Below, one piece after another: positions 34,081-41,631 of a stretch of 41,631 nucleotides of DNA (position 1 is the stretch's first letter; every line of letters begins with the position of its first letter). The DNA is from a virus. Its lineage: Duplodnaviria; Caudoviricetes. Both the position numbers and the translations under genes were made by a program. The DNA lies in IMG/VR virus record IMGVR_UViG_3300032270_000152, positions 1 to 41,631 of that record; one strand, 5' to 3'. The notes beneath the pieces were generated by a model, which saw nothing but the letters and a program-made list of their open reading frames with translations, was not told the DNA's origin and searched no databases.

Positions 34081-35429
34081 ACCTCCGTCCCTACCAGCAA
34101 CAGCTGATCACCGATATCCGCCTGCAGTACCAGATGGGCAGGCGTGCTGTGCTGGCAGTGCTGCCGACCGGTGGCGGCAAGACCGTGTGTTTCAGCCACA
34201 TCGCCCAATCCGCCGCACGCAAAGGCAACCGCGTCTGCATCCTGGTCCACCGGCAAGAGCTGCTGGATCAAGCCAGCCGCAACCTCAGCAGCATGGGCGT
34301 CGCCCATGGTTGCATCCGTGCAGGCCGCAGCATGGACCTGAGCCATGCGGTGCAGGTTGCCAGCGTGCAGACCCTGGCCCGCAGGCTGCACAAGCTGCCT
34401 CGGGACTTCTTTCAGTTGCTGGTCGTCGATGAGGCGCACCACACCAATGCCAATCAGTGGCGAGTCACGATCGAGCACTTTCAATCAGCGCACCTGCTGG
34501 GGGTGACGGCGACGCCATGTCGTGGTGATGGCCGCGGCCTTGGCGAGTGGTATCAGGCGATGGTCGAGGGCCCGAGCGCTGCATGGCTGACGGATAACGG
34601 CTTCCTGGCGCGTGCTCGGGTGCTGGCACCGCCAGGGTTCGATACCACTGGGCTACGCAAACGGATGGGCGACTTTGACACCAAAGAGGCCGAGCAACGC
34701 GTCGGCACGATCATGGGCGACTGCCTGAGCCACTACCGCAAACACCTAAGCGGTCAGACGGCAATTGCGTTCTGCTGCTCTGTAGCCCATGCCGAGGCTG
34801 TGGCTCATCTATTCATGGGCGCTGGCATCCCAGCCGCCAGCATCGACGGCAGCATGGATGGCGCCACACGCCGCGACCTGCTGCAGGCGCTCGGCACCGG
34901 TCGGATCAAGGTGCTGACGAGCTGCGCCCTGATCGGTGAAGGCGTAGACGTGCCATCGGTCGGCGGCTGCATCCTGCTGCGGCCAACCCAGAGTGTGAGC
35001 CTTCACCTTCAGATGATCGGTCGGTGCCTCAGGCCATCACCAGGCAAGGCGGCGGTCATCCTTGACCACGTGGGCAACACTCTGCGACTCGGGCACCACC
35101 TAGAGCCACGGGAATGGACGCTGGAGGGCATCGCCAAGCGCGACCGCGATAAGGCGCCATCGGTCAAGGTCTGCCCGCAGTGCTTCGCCGCCATGGCCAG
35201 CCAGGTGCGGCAATGCCTGGAGTGCGGCCATCAGTTTGCGCCGGAGGTGCGTGAGCTGCAACAGGTGGAGGGTGAGTTGGTGGAGCTTGCTGCCCGTGAG
35301 CGCAAGCGCGAGCAAGGCACCGCCCAAACCCTCGACGACCTCCGCCAGCTGGCGCAGCAGCGCGGCTACAAGCGAGGATGGGCAGAGCGGGTGTATCAGG
35401 CACGTCTAGCTAAAAGGCACGGACTATGA
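34077..35429 (+). CDS. superfamily 2 DEAD/DEAH-box helicase
   Basis: LRPYQ, PTGGGKT, VDEAHH, TATP, EGVDVP, QMIGRCLR, C-terminal zinc finger. Confidence 0.95.
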   Translation: MNLRPYQQQLITDIRLQYQMGRRAVLAVLPTGGGKTVCFSHIAQSAARKGNRVCILVHRQELLDQASRNLSSMGVAHGCIRAGRSMDLSHAVQVASVQTLARRLHKLPRDFFQLLVVDEAHHTNANQWRVTIEHFQSAHLLGVTATPCRGDGRGLGEWYQAMVEGPSAAWLTDNGFLARARVLAPPGFDTTGLRKRMGDFDTKEAEQRVGTIMGDCLSHYRKHLSGQTAIAFCCSVAHAEAVAHLFMGAGIPAASIDGSMDGATRRDLLQALGTGRIKVLTSCALIGEGVDVPSVGGCILLRPTQSVSLHLQMIGRCLRPSPGKAAVILDHVGNTLRLGHHLEPREWTLEGIAKRDRDKAPSVKVCPQCFAAMASQVRQCLECGHQFAPEVRELQQVEGELVELAARERKREQGTAQTLDDLRQLAQQRGYKRGWAERVYQARLAKRHGL

Positions 35430-35977
35430 CTTGGAATCAAGCCGAGTATTCAAAAAAACGCCGAGATCACTGCAAGCAACTCGGCATGTGCACAAAATGC
35501 TACAAAAGGCCAGCATTGGTACGGCGCAAGCAATGCGCTGATTGTCAAATGGATTCAGTCATTCAAGAAGCATTTAAGTTTGATCGCAGGCGCAAAATGC
35601 CTGGAAGCACCGCAAGGCGAGGATCATGCTATGTCGATCAATTTTGTATCGCCGTGCGCAAGCAGTGGCGAGATGACATCAAAAATAAATGGACAGGCAA
35701 ATGCTTTTACACTGGCCTACAAATTGAAATAGGCGCTACTGCTGGATTGGATCACATGCTTCCAGTTTCAAGAGCGTCGGCATTTGGACCTGCCAAGGTT
35801 TTTCATCCAGACAACCTTGTTTGGTGTCATTCATCTGTCAATATGCTCAAGGGCGACATGACTGCAGACGAGTTTTACGTTTGGCTCAGGCATGATTTAC
35901 CCATGGCCATCGCAAGCATGAGCAGTGACCGAGCAACGCATCCAGCAGGAGATCCGGCTGGCTATCAGCCACGGTGA
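35426..35977 (+). CDS. HNH-like endonuclease with N-terminal zinc finger
   Basis: CTKC...CADC; CFYTG...LDHMLPVSR...NLVWCHSSVNMLKG. Confidence 0.75.
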   Translation: MTWNQAEYSKKRRDHCKQLGMCTKCYKRPALVRRKQCADCQMDSVIQEAFKFDRRRKMPGSTARRGSCYVDQFCIAVRKQWRDDIKNKWTGKCFYTGLQIEIGATAGLDHMLPVSRASAFGPAKVFHPDNLVWCHSSVNMLKGDMTADEFYVWLRHDLPMAIASMSSDRATHPAGDPAGYQPR

Positions 35978-36320
35978 TACCAAAGTCTTCCGCAACAACA
36001 CCGGCACGCTGCGCGACCAGCATGGCCGCCCAGTGAGCTTCGGCCTGTGCAAGGGCAGCGCTGATCTGATCGGCTGGACGACACGCACCATCACGCCGGA
36101 CATGGTCGGGCAGCAGGTGGCGGTGTTCACCAGCATCGAGGTCAAGACCGCAACCGGCAGGCTCAGACCTGAGCAGCAGCAGTGGCTCGACGCCGTACAG
36201 GCGGCAGGCGGCATTGCTGGAGTGGCCAGGAGCGTGGTGGACGCGCAGGGGTTGACCATGGTTGCTGGTGGTGGTATTGTTTCCAAGTCGCCAGCGATGG
36301 CGGCGATCCACCGCACCTAG
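35925..36320 (+). CDS. VRR-NUC domain nuclease
   Basis: EQRIQQEI, FRNNTG, GSADLIG, IEVKT..GRLRPEQ; GTG start. Confidence 0.9.
   Translation: MTEQRIQQEIRLAISHGDTKVFRNNTGTLRDQHGRPVSFGLCKGSADLIGWTTRTITPDMVGQQVAVFTSIEVKTATGRLRPEQQQWLDAVQAAGGIAGVARSVVDAQGLTMVAGGGIVSKSPAMAAIHRT
36252..36280 (+). promoter_or_regulatory. sigma70-type early promoter 1
   Basis: TTGACC-17-TATTGT with TGn extension; repeated three times in this region. Confidence 0.7.
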
Positions 36321-36324
36321 AAAG

Positions 36325-36513
36325 ATGAATACACTCGCAACCCAGTTGCAGGAACTGGCCACGGCGCTCGGCACTGCTGATCGCGTGGTCACGGCATTCC
36401 AAGCGCTGCGGGATTTCTGCTCTGACGAGCAATGGGACGAGCTGTGCAGCTCGGGGCCATTCTCTGATCTGCTGGATGCCTGCAGCGACCTGGAGCACGA
36501 CCTGGGACGGTGA
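36325..36513 (+). CDS. small acidic hypothetical protein
   Basis: MNTLATQLQEL...; lies between promoter 1 and a terminator. Confidence 0.75.
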   Translation: MNTLATQLQELATALGTADRVVTAFQALRDFCSDEQWDELCSSGPFSDLLDACSDLEHDLGR

Positions 36514-36519
36514 TGCACT

Positions 36520-36542
36520 GGCCCGCCTCGGCGGGCTTTTTT
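36520..36542 (+). terminator. Rho-independent terminator
   Basis: GCCCGC-CTCG-GCGGGC followed by TTTTTT, just after a stop codon. Confidence 0.85.
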
Positions 36543-36636
36543 ATTGCTCAGCGGTCGGTCCTGCCCGTAAGGATGGACGCGGTGATGCGGTCGCGGTGGC
36601 CGCATCTGAAACCGTATCGGAGGCCGCTATCAATGG

Positions 36637-36665
36637 TTGACCACGGTTGCCGATGGTGGTATTGT
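36637..36665 (+). promoter_or_regulatory. sigma70-type early promoter 2
   Basis: TTGACC-17-TATTGT with TGn. Confidence 0.7.
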
Positions 36666-36705
36666 TTGAGCAAGCCGGACGACCCGGCGCCCCAACCCGA
36701 GAGAC

Positions 36706-36942
36706 ATGATCCACACCCTCTGCCTGGACAACGCTCAGACTTTCCACTTTCAGCCCAATGGCGACTACGGCTGGGACCCAGCTCGTGAAGCTACTGCGGA
36801 CATTTTGGTGACTCGTTACAACGTGACGCAGGTAACCCGTGACCAGCCTCGCGGGCAGATCACTGGTTGCTGGGTGATGGCTCGCGACGAAGCTCGGAAA
36901 CTCTGGAAGAGCCTCATCAAAGACGGCGCCTTCCGCGCCTGA
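36706..36942 (+). CDS. hypothetical protein
   Basis: Downstream of promoter 2; C-terminal ARDEARKLWKSLIKDG. Confidence 0.7.
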   Translation: MIHTLCLDNAQTFHFQPNGDYGWDPAREATADILVTRYNVTQVTRDQPRGQITGCWVMARDEARKLWKSLIKDGAFRA

Positions 36943-36998
36943 CCACCGTCACGGCCCGCCGGAGCCCATCCGGCACCATTCACGTCAACCCAAGAATC

Positions 36999-37187
36999 AT
37001 GACCACCACAACCATCGCCTTGATCCTTGCCCTGCTGCTGCTGCCTCTGGTGGTGCTGCTGTGGGCGACCGAGACCACCAAGGAACGCGCCATACGCCTG
37101 CGCCGCAGCGGCTGGAGCCAGCGCCGGATTGCTGAGCATATGGGCATCAGCCGCAGTCGCGTGCAGCGGTTGACCATGGCGGCATAG
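36999..37187 (+). CDS. small membrane-anchored helix-turn-helix protein
   Basis: IALILALLLLPLVVLLWA transmembrane segment, then GWSQRRIAEHMGISRSRVQR. Confidence 0.75.
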   Translation: MTTTTIALILALLLLPLVVLLWATETTKERAIRLRRSGWSQRRIAEHMGISRSRVQRLTMAA

Positions 37188-37198
37188 GGTGGTACGAT
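37170..37198 (+). promoter_or_regulatory. sigma70-type early promoter 3
   Basis: TTGACC-17-TACGAT with TGn. Confidence 0.7.
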
Positions 37199-37240
37199 TT
37201 AAGGACAGGAGGCGAGAGCTTCCACCCCGCACCGAGAGTC

Positions 37241-37399
37241 ATGATCAAAAAACAACCCCGCCTTACTGAAGCCGAGCATCTGGCCCGCGCAATCCGCCGC
37301 CAAGAGCTTGAACGCGCTGAACGCGCAGAGCAAGAAGCCCGCAATAAGGCCTTTCTGAGAACGGCATGGTGGTTTGATCAGTCACTGATTGACGACTGA
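37241..37399 (+). CDS. small hypothetical protein (not in ORF track)
   Basis: MIKKQPRLTEAEHLARAIRRQELERAER...WWFDQSLIDD, downstream of promoter 3. Confidence 0.6.
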   Translation: MIKKQPRLTEAEHLARAIRRQELERAERAEQEARNKAFLRTAWWFDQSLIDD

Positions 37400-37456
37400 C
37401 CCCACGCGGCCCGCCGGAGCCGCACCCAATCCGGCATCTATCCCACCTCTAGAGCC

Positions 37457-37597
37457 ATGAAACGCTTCCTCAAAAACGCCGTGATGCTCGCCGCGCTGTC
37501 GATTGCCGGCTTCTGGTGTCTCACCAGTGCCCTCGACGACATGACGCACGCTGACTGCAACGCTGGCATCAAAGCCGCCTGTGATTCCCTGAAATGA
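37457..37597 (+). CDS. small membrane or secreted protein (not in ORF track)
   Basis: MKRFLKNAVMLAALSIAGFWCLTSALDDMTHADCNAGIKAACDSLK; ATGA overlap. Confidence 0.7.
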   Translation: MKRFLKNAVMLAALSIAGFWCLTSALDDMTHADCNAGIKAACDSLK

Positions 37598-37794
37598 ACG
37601 ACTCCGACATCTATTGGACCTTCGAGACCGCTGTTCAATACGGCGGTGGATTCTTCCATCAGCTCGGCATGGCCGGGCTGAAGGCCGATCCGGGCAACAA
37701 GCGTCGCATCCTTGCGGCGTTTCCGGAGATGGTCGCCACCTACGGCACCGCCAGCAAGCTGCATCGCCACCTGCGTGATGGTGTGGCGGCATGA
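37594..37794 (+). CDS. hypothetical protein
   Basis: YGGGFFHQLG.A...ADPGNKRRILAAFPE; coupled on both sides. Confidence 0.75.
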   Translation: MNDSDIYWTFETAVQYGGGFFHQLGMAGLKADPGNKRRILAAFPEMVATYGTASKLHRHLRDGVAA

Positions 37795-38579
37795 CCAGCA
37801 ATGCCGACTACCACGCCGATCCGGCCATCAGCGCCAGCCACCTGCACGCCGTCGCCGCCAGCCCCTACCACTACTGGAGCCGGTTCCTCAATCCCGATCG
37901 TCCGCCGTCGGTGCAGACCGCAGCGATGAAGCTGGGCAGCCTGGTGCATTGCGCCGTGCTGGAGCCTGACGAGCTGGCCAAGCGCTACGGCATCTGCCTG
38001 CCGCGCAACACCAAGGCCGGGAAAGAGATGGCTGCTGAGATGGAGTTCAGCGGCATTGAGGCCGTGACTGCTTCCGACATGGAGCAGGCGATGGCCATGG
38101 CTGGTGCGGTGCGGCAGCATCCCTACGCCGCGGCCCTGTTGTCCAGCGGCAAGGCTGAGCAGAGTTTCTGGTTTGATGATGCGCAGTCCGGACTGCGGTG
38201 CAAGTGCCGCCCGGATTGGCTTGATCGCTCGACGGTGGTTGACCTCAAGACCACCGCGGACGCCAGTCCGGCATCCTTTGCGCGATCCGTCGCATCCTTC
38301 CGCTACCATGTTCAGGCCAGCCACTACTTGGCAGGCACCTTCGCAGAGCGCTTCCTCTTCATCGCAGTGGAGAAACACTACCCGTTCTGCGTGGCGGTTT
38401 ACGAGCTCGATGCAGAGGCGATGAAAGCAGGCGAGACGCTACGGCGCCAGAACCTGCAGACCATCGCCGACTGCCGCGCCATTGATGAATGGCCTGGCTA
38501 CAGCACCACCTGCGAAACACTGCAGCTGCCCAGCTGGGCTTTGCAAGCCTCGTCATCTATTACATCGGAGGATTTTTAA
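37791..38579 (+). CDS. RecE / exonuclease VIII-like PD-(D/E)XK exonuclease (DUF3799)
   Basis: YHADPAISAS, GSLVHCAVLEP, KCRPDW...VDLKTT, YHVQA..Y, FIAVEK. Confidence 0.92.
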   Translation: MTSNADYHADPAISASHLHAVAASPYHYWSRFLNPDRPPSVQTAAMKLGSLVHCAVLEPDELAKRYGICLPRNTKAGKEMAAEMEFSGIEAVTASDMEQAMAMAGAVRQHPYAAALLSSGKAEQSFWFDDAQSGLRCKCRPDWLDRSTVVDLKTTADASPASFARSVASFRYHVQASHYLAGTFAERFLFIAVEKHYPFCVAVYELDAEAMKAGETLRRQNLQTIADCRAIDEWPGYSTTCETLQLPSWALQASSSITSEDF

Positions 38580-38581
38580 TT

Positions 38582-39064
38582 GTGGCATTGCCTAAGGAAG
38601 CAATTGCAGTTTTAACAACACAAGCAAAAACTACACCAACTGGCGGCATTTTTTTCTGGTGTCGTTATTTGATTGACGGTGAGCCAATCGGCTCGGTCTG
38701 GATGCCAGACGAAGAGGCTCAATGGGCGGAATGGCTTGACGCAGGAATGCAAATACTTGTTGAACGTTTAAGGCCAAATCCTGAATATCCATCTAGGGTT
38801 AGCGGGACTGCAAAACTTCTTTGCGATCAAACAGTAGATGTTTTGACTGCTGTCAAGCAATCAAGAGCCGAGGAGCATGATCACCGTCAAACGTCATCAA
38901 TGCCCAAGGCAACCAAAGACCTAGAGTTAAAAAACGCAATTGACAATATCGCTATCAGTACAAACCAAAAACCATCTCAAATAGTGCGTCAACTTTGCTG
39001 GGAAGCAATTTGCTATCGCAGCGCTGTTGTAACTGCTGATCAAATTATTAACCGATCCGAATGA
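38582..39064 (+). CDS. hypothetical protein inserted between recE-like and bet
   Basis: GTG start after GGAGG; AT-richer; ATGA overlap with bet. Confidence 0.7.
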   Translation: MALPKEAIAVLTTQAKTTPTGGIFFWCRYLIDGEPIGSVWMPDEEAQWAEWLDAGMQILVERLRPNPEYPSRVSGTAKLLCDQTVDVLTAVKQSRAEEHDHRQTSSMPKATKDLELKNAIDNIAISTNQKPSQIVRQLCWEAICYRSAVVTADQIINRSE

Positions 39065-39831
39065 CCACCTCATCACTTGCGCTCTGGACACCAGAGCAGA
39101 CCCAACTGATCAGCACCACAATCGCGCCAGGCTGCAGCGTTGACGAGCTGCGCCTGTTCGCCTATGCCTGCCAGCGGACGGGCTTGGATCCGTTCTCGAA
39201 GCAGATCTACGCCATCAAACGTGGCGGCAAGATGACCATCCAGGCCGGCATCGACGGTCTCCGCAGCATCGCTGAGCGCACTGGCCAGCTTGACGGATCC
39301 GAGACGTACTGGTGCGGCGAGGATGGCCAATGGGCTGACGTGTGGCTTGGCAATAAGCCACCTGCTGCAGCCAAGACCATCATCCACCGCAAAGGCGCTA
39401 GCCATCCATTCGTCGGTGTGGCGCGGTTTGCGGACTACAACGCCGGCCAAGGCCTGTGGTCCAAGATGCCTGCCGCGATGATCGCCAAGTGCAGCGAGGC
39501 CCTCGCGCTCCGCAAGGCATTTCCTGCTGACCTCTCAGGCGTCTACAGCACCGACGAGATGGATCAAGCCGTTGAGCCTGTTGCTGTGACCACCGCAGCA
39601 GCAGCACCGGCGCTACCGGCCAAGGCTGGTGATGCCAAGGTGTTTGCAGCTGGCAAGGCTGCCATTGCCAAGGCTGACAGTCTGACCAAACTGGAGGAGG
39701 TCACAGCACGGATGGAGGCTCGCAAGGATGACCTGAGCGATGAGCAGTACCAGCAACTGCTAGCGCTTGCCTGCGAGCGTGAAGACAAGCTGACAGCACC
39801 AGTCGCGGAGGCCGATCCGTTTGACGATTGA
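39061..39831 (+). CDS. bet: single-strand annealing recombinase Bet (RecT family)
   Basis: CQRTGLDPFSKQIY, GIDGLR.IAERTG, WSKMPAAMIAKCSEALALRKAFP, YSTDEM. Confidence 0.93.
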   Translation: MTTSSLALWTPEQTQLISTTIAPGCSVDELRLFAYACQRTGLDPFSKQIYAIKRGGKMTIQAGIDGLRSIAERTGQLDGSETYWCGEDGQWADVWLGNKPPAAAKTIIHRKGASHPFVGVARFADYNAGQGLWSKMPAAMIAKCSEALALRKAFPADLSGVYSTDEMDQAVEPVAVTTAAAAPALPAKAGDAKVFAAGKAAIAKADSLTKLEEVTARMEARKDDLSDEQYQQLLALACEREDKLTAPVAEADPFDD

Positions 39832-40033
39832 GCCGTACCTGACCAATGACCAGCTAGCTAAGCGTTGGGGGATGAAACCTTCATCAATCAAAAACCAACG
39901 CGCCCGCGGCATTGGGCCTGCGTATTACACGATGCCTCGCGTCGGGTTCCCATCTCGGACACCACGCATCCGGTATCCGCTTTCACAAGTCCTGGCCTTT
40001 GAAGAGGCCAACAACATCACTCCCATCTCATGA
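39821..40033 (+). CDS. AlpA/excisionase-like helix-turn-helix protein
   Basis: YLTNDQLAKRWGMKPSSIKNQRARGIGPAY...IRYPLSQV; TTG start. Confidence 0.8.
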   Translation: MTIEPYLTNDQLAKRWGMKPSSIKNQRARGIGPAYYTMPRVGFPSRTPRIRYPLSQVLAFEEANNITPIS

Positions 40034-40374
40034 GTCTCTACGCATCCGGCATTGTTCGCATCATCACTGATCCGCAGCTCCGCGCATTTGATAGCGGCAC
40101 CATGGTCTGCAATTTTGCAGGCGGCATCATGGAGGGCAAGGACAAGCAAGGCAACTGGATCAACAATGCCATCGACATCGAGGCATGGGGCAAGTCGGCT
40201 GAGGTGATCACCGACAAATGCAGCAAAGGCGACTCGATCATGGTGACCGGCAGCATCCGCCGCCAGGAATGGCAGGATAAGGAAACCGGCGCCAAGCGCA
40301 GCAAGCACATCTTGAGCGTGCAGCGGTTTGAATTCCTGCCGCGTGGTGCCGCTGCCACCGAGGAGCCGTTCTGA
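40030..40374 (+). CDS. ssb: single-stranded DNA-binding protein
   Basis: DPQLR, AWGKSAE, KGDSIMVTG, WQDKETG; acidic C-terminal EEPF. Confidence 0.92.
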   Translation: MSLYASGIVRIITDPQLRAFDSGTMVCNFAGGIMEGKDKQGNWINNAIDIEAWGKSAEVITDKCSKGDSIMVTGSIRRQEWQDKETGAKRSKHILSVQRFEFLPRGAAATEEPF

Positions 40375-40535
40375 TGGATCTTGAAGCCATCTTCAAACAG
40401 TGGTGGGAGGCGTCTTACGGGCGCCATCCTGGCACTCATGCCGTGATGACCCATGCGGCCTTCGCTCAATACATCCTCGACAATCATGAACGACCCAGTG
40501 AACCATCCTGCCCATTACACGCAGGGAGAGATTGA
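40374..40535 (+). CDS. small hypothetical protein (not in ORF track)
   Basis: MDLEAIFKQWWEASYGRHPGTHAVMTHAAFAQYIL...; TGATG coupling to ssb. Confidence 0.65.
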   Translation: MDLEAIFKQWWEASYGRHPGTHAVMTHAAFAQYILDNHERPSEPSCPLHAGRD

Positions 40536-40701
40536 GTGCATCGACGCCATACAGGCGGCACTTACGCCTGAAGAATTTGCCGGTTACTGCAAAGGCAACG
40601 CGCTGAAATACATCTGGCGCGAACAGCACAAAGGCGGCGCTGAGTCACTGCTCAAAGCGCAGTGGTACCTAGACCGACTTCTCGTCAGTCAGATCAGCTG
40701 A
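40486..40701 (+). CDS. DUF3310 family protein
   Basis: DPVNHPAHY..G.IECIDAI...GNALKYIWR...K.G.ESLLKAQWYL. Confidence 0.9.
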   Translation: MNDPVNHPAHYTQGEIECIDAIQAALTPEEFAGYCKGNALKYIWREQHKGGAESLLKAQWYLDRLLVSQIS

Positions 40702-40862
40702 TGCGGCTCTGGCACCTTCTCGCCCTGGCCTTAGGTGCCAAGGCACATATCAACGATCGCATCGCTGATCGCGTTGCGCTCATCCGCTTTTTGATCTTTC
40801 TCTCTTACTTGGTGACCAACATGTTTATTTGTGCTGGCGTTATGAGGCATTGGAATGGCTGA
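40701..40862 (+). CDS. small membrane protein
   Basis: ALGAKA...ADRVALIRFLIFLSYLVTNMFICAGVMRHWN; TGATG coupling. Confidence 0.75.
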   Translation: MRLWHLLALALGAKAHINDRIADRVALIRFLIFLSYLVTNMFICAGVMRHWNG

Positions 40863-41427
40863 ATACAAAGCAACGCCTGAGCAGTGGGCAAAGTGTGAGG
40901 CAGACGCTGAAAATTGGTCGGGCTCGTTTGAGTGCATCCTCGAACTCCGCGCCAGGGTTGAGCAACTTGAGGTCAACACCAAGCAGTGGCGCACAGACCA
41001 CCTTCGCCTCGCCAACACGTGTGCCTCGCTTGCACCAGACCGCCTGAAATTCTTTAACGCCCTGCTGCCAGACGACGACAACTCCCAACCAACTCCTAAT
41101 CCAAGCCAAATTGGGAGTTCGCTGGTGAAGCGGGTGGCTGACGGGATCAGCAAGCCATTACAGCTGACGCCGGAGCAAGCGCAGCAGATCAGTGATCTGC
41201 TGGCACCAAACTCCAAGCCAACTCCTAATTCAAGCCAAATTAGGAGTTCGCTGGTGAAGCGGGTTGCTTGCGCCATTGGCGGAGACGGTGAGCCCATCAA
41301 CTGGAAGCCCGAAGCCCGCGCCGCGATCCGTGAGGTGGCTGCGTGGCTTGAAGACGAAAATACGGACATTGGCATGGGCACTGCGGGGAACATCGCCGAA
41401 CAACTGCGCGATGAGGCCGAGCGATGA
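40855..41427 (+). CDS. mosaic hypothetical protein with an internal duplication
   Basis: ATPEQW, CILELRARVEQLE, two copies of NSxPTPNxSQIxSSLVKRVA, EARAAIREVAAWL. Confidence 0.8.
   Translation: MAEYKATPEQWAKCEADAENWSGSFECILELRARVEQLEVNTKQWRTDHLRLANTCASLAPDRLKFFNALLPDDDNSQPTPNPSQIGSSLVKRVADGISKPLQLTPEQAQQISDLLAPNSKPTPNSSQIRSSLVKRVACAIGGDGEPINWKPEARAAIREVAAWLEDENTDIGMGTAGNIAEQLRDEAER
41080..41268. repeat. ~60-bp direct repeat (2 copies, 129 bp apart), each containing a palindrome
   Basis: Copy 2 has AACTCCTAATT-7nt-AATTAGGAGTT (41220-41248); copy 1 has a near-perfect version (41091-41119). Confidence 0.85.
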
Positions 41428-41606
41428 CCGACTTTCACACCGCACCATTCCAAGACTTCTCTACCGAGTTGCGCGACCCATGGCCTGTTATTGAGCGGCT
41501 GCGTCTGACCCTGCGCGAAGCTGAGCGCTACTGCCTTGGATCTGAAAACACCACAGGACATTGCATCACATCACTTCTTAAAATACTGCCCAACGAAGAT
41601 GACTGA
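41424..41606 (+). CDS. hypothetical protein
   Basis: MTDFHTAPFQDF...; ATGA overlap upstream and ATGACTGA downstream. Confidence 0.7.
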   Translation: MTDFHTAPFQDFSTELRDPWPVIERLRLTLREAERYCLGSENTTGHCITSLLKILPNEDD

Positions 41607-41631
41607 ACAACACCCACTTGCCCCACCGCGA
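41599..41631 (+). CDS. 5' end of an ORF running off the window (MTEQHPLAPPR)
   Basis: ATGACTGA junction; frame open to the window end. Confidence 0.45.
   Translation, partial: MTEQHPLAPPR

Larger units (their letters stand above)
36951..37437 (+). repeat. repeated intergenic hairpin element CGGCCCGCCGGAGCC-n-ATCCGGCA (2 copies)
   Basis: Copies at about 36952-36975 and 37407-37436, each between a stop codon and the next ATG, each with a GCCGGA/TCCGGC stem. Confidence 0.7.

Noticed and set aside
39821-40033. Excisionase implying lysogeny
   Set aside because: No integrase or att-like context was found; the HTH alone is insufficient.
41080-41268. CRISPR mini-array or DGR template/variable repeat pair
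   Set aside because: Two in-frame copies inside an ORF; no cas or reverse transcriptase gene; differences are not confined to adenines.
1-41631. tRNA/rRNA genes, photosynthesis genes (psbA, hli), purZ or DNA methyltransferases
   Set aside because: No recognisable sequences or motifs; intergenic gaps are short and otherwise explained. tRNAscan-SE and HMM searches would be needed to exclude them formally.

Overview
The window looks like a near-complete (~41.6 kb) genome of a lambdoid-type siphovirus infecting a GC-rich picocyanobacterium (Synechococcus/Cyanobium-like). The host is inferred from the cyanobacterial-type sigma factor and many small ORFs resembling cyanophage proteins. Plus strand, 31057-41631 and 1-3713: an early/middle arm with an SF2 helicase, HNH and VRR-NUC nucleases, RecE/Bet recombination genes, SSB, a small-ORF array, thyX and an RpoD-family sigma factor. 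Minus strand, 30988-4057: primase-polymerase/VapE helicase, a probable origin, dnaN, terminase, portal, head, lambda-like tail (G/GT, tape measure, M, L, K, I, J), tail fibre, lysis genes and dcd. I found no integrase, tRNA, CRISPR array or replicative DNA polymerase. The best candidate for an undescribed system is the AT-richer four-gene cassette at 31236-34080. It encodes (1) an IbrA/DUF3440 PAPS-reductase-family PP-loop enzyme that apparently starts at ATA, (2) an ectoine-synthase (EctC)-like cupin fused to an IbrB/ParB-Srx domain, with no ectA/ectB present, (3) a Trp-rich unknown protein and (4) a stand-alone copy of the DUF3440 C-terminal domain. It may modify DNA or make a small molecule. 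Second is a canonical -1 frameshift signal in the putative holin gene. All family assignments come from motif recognition by eye; no searches were run.
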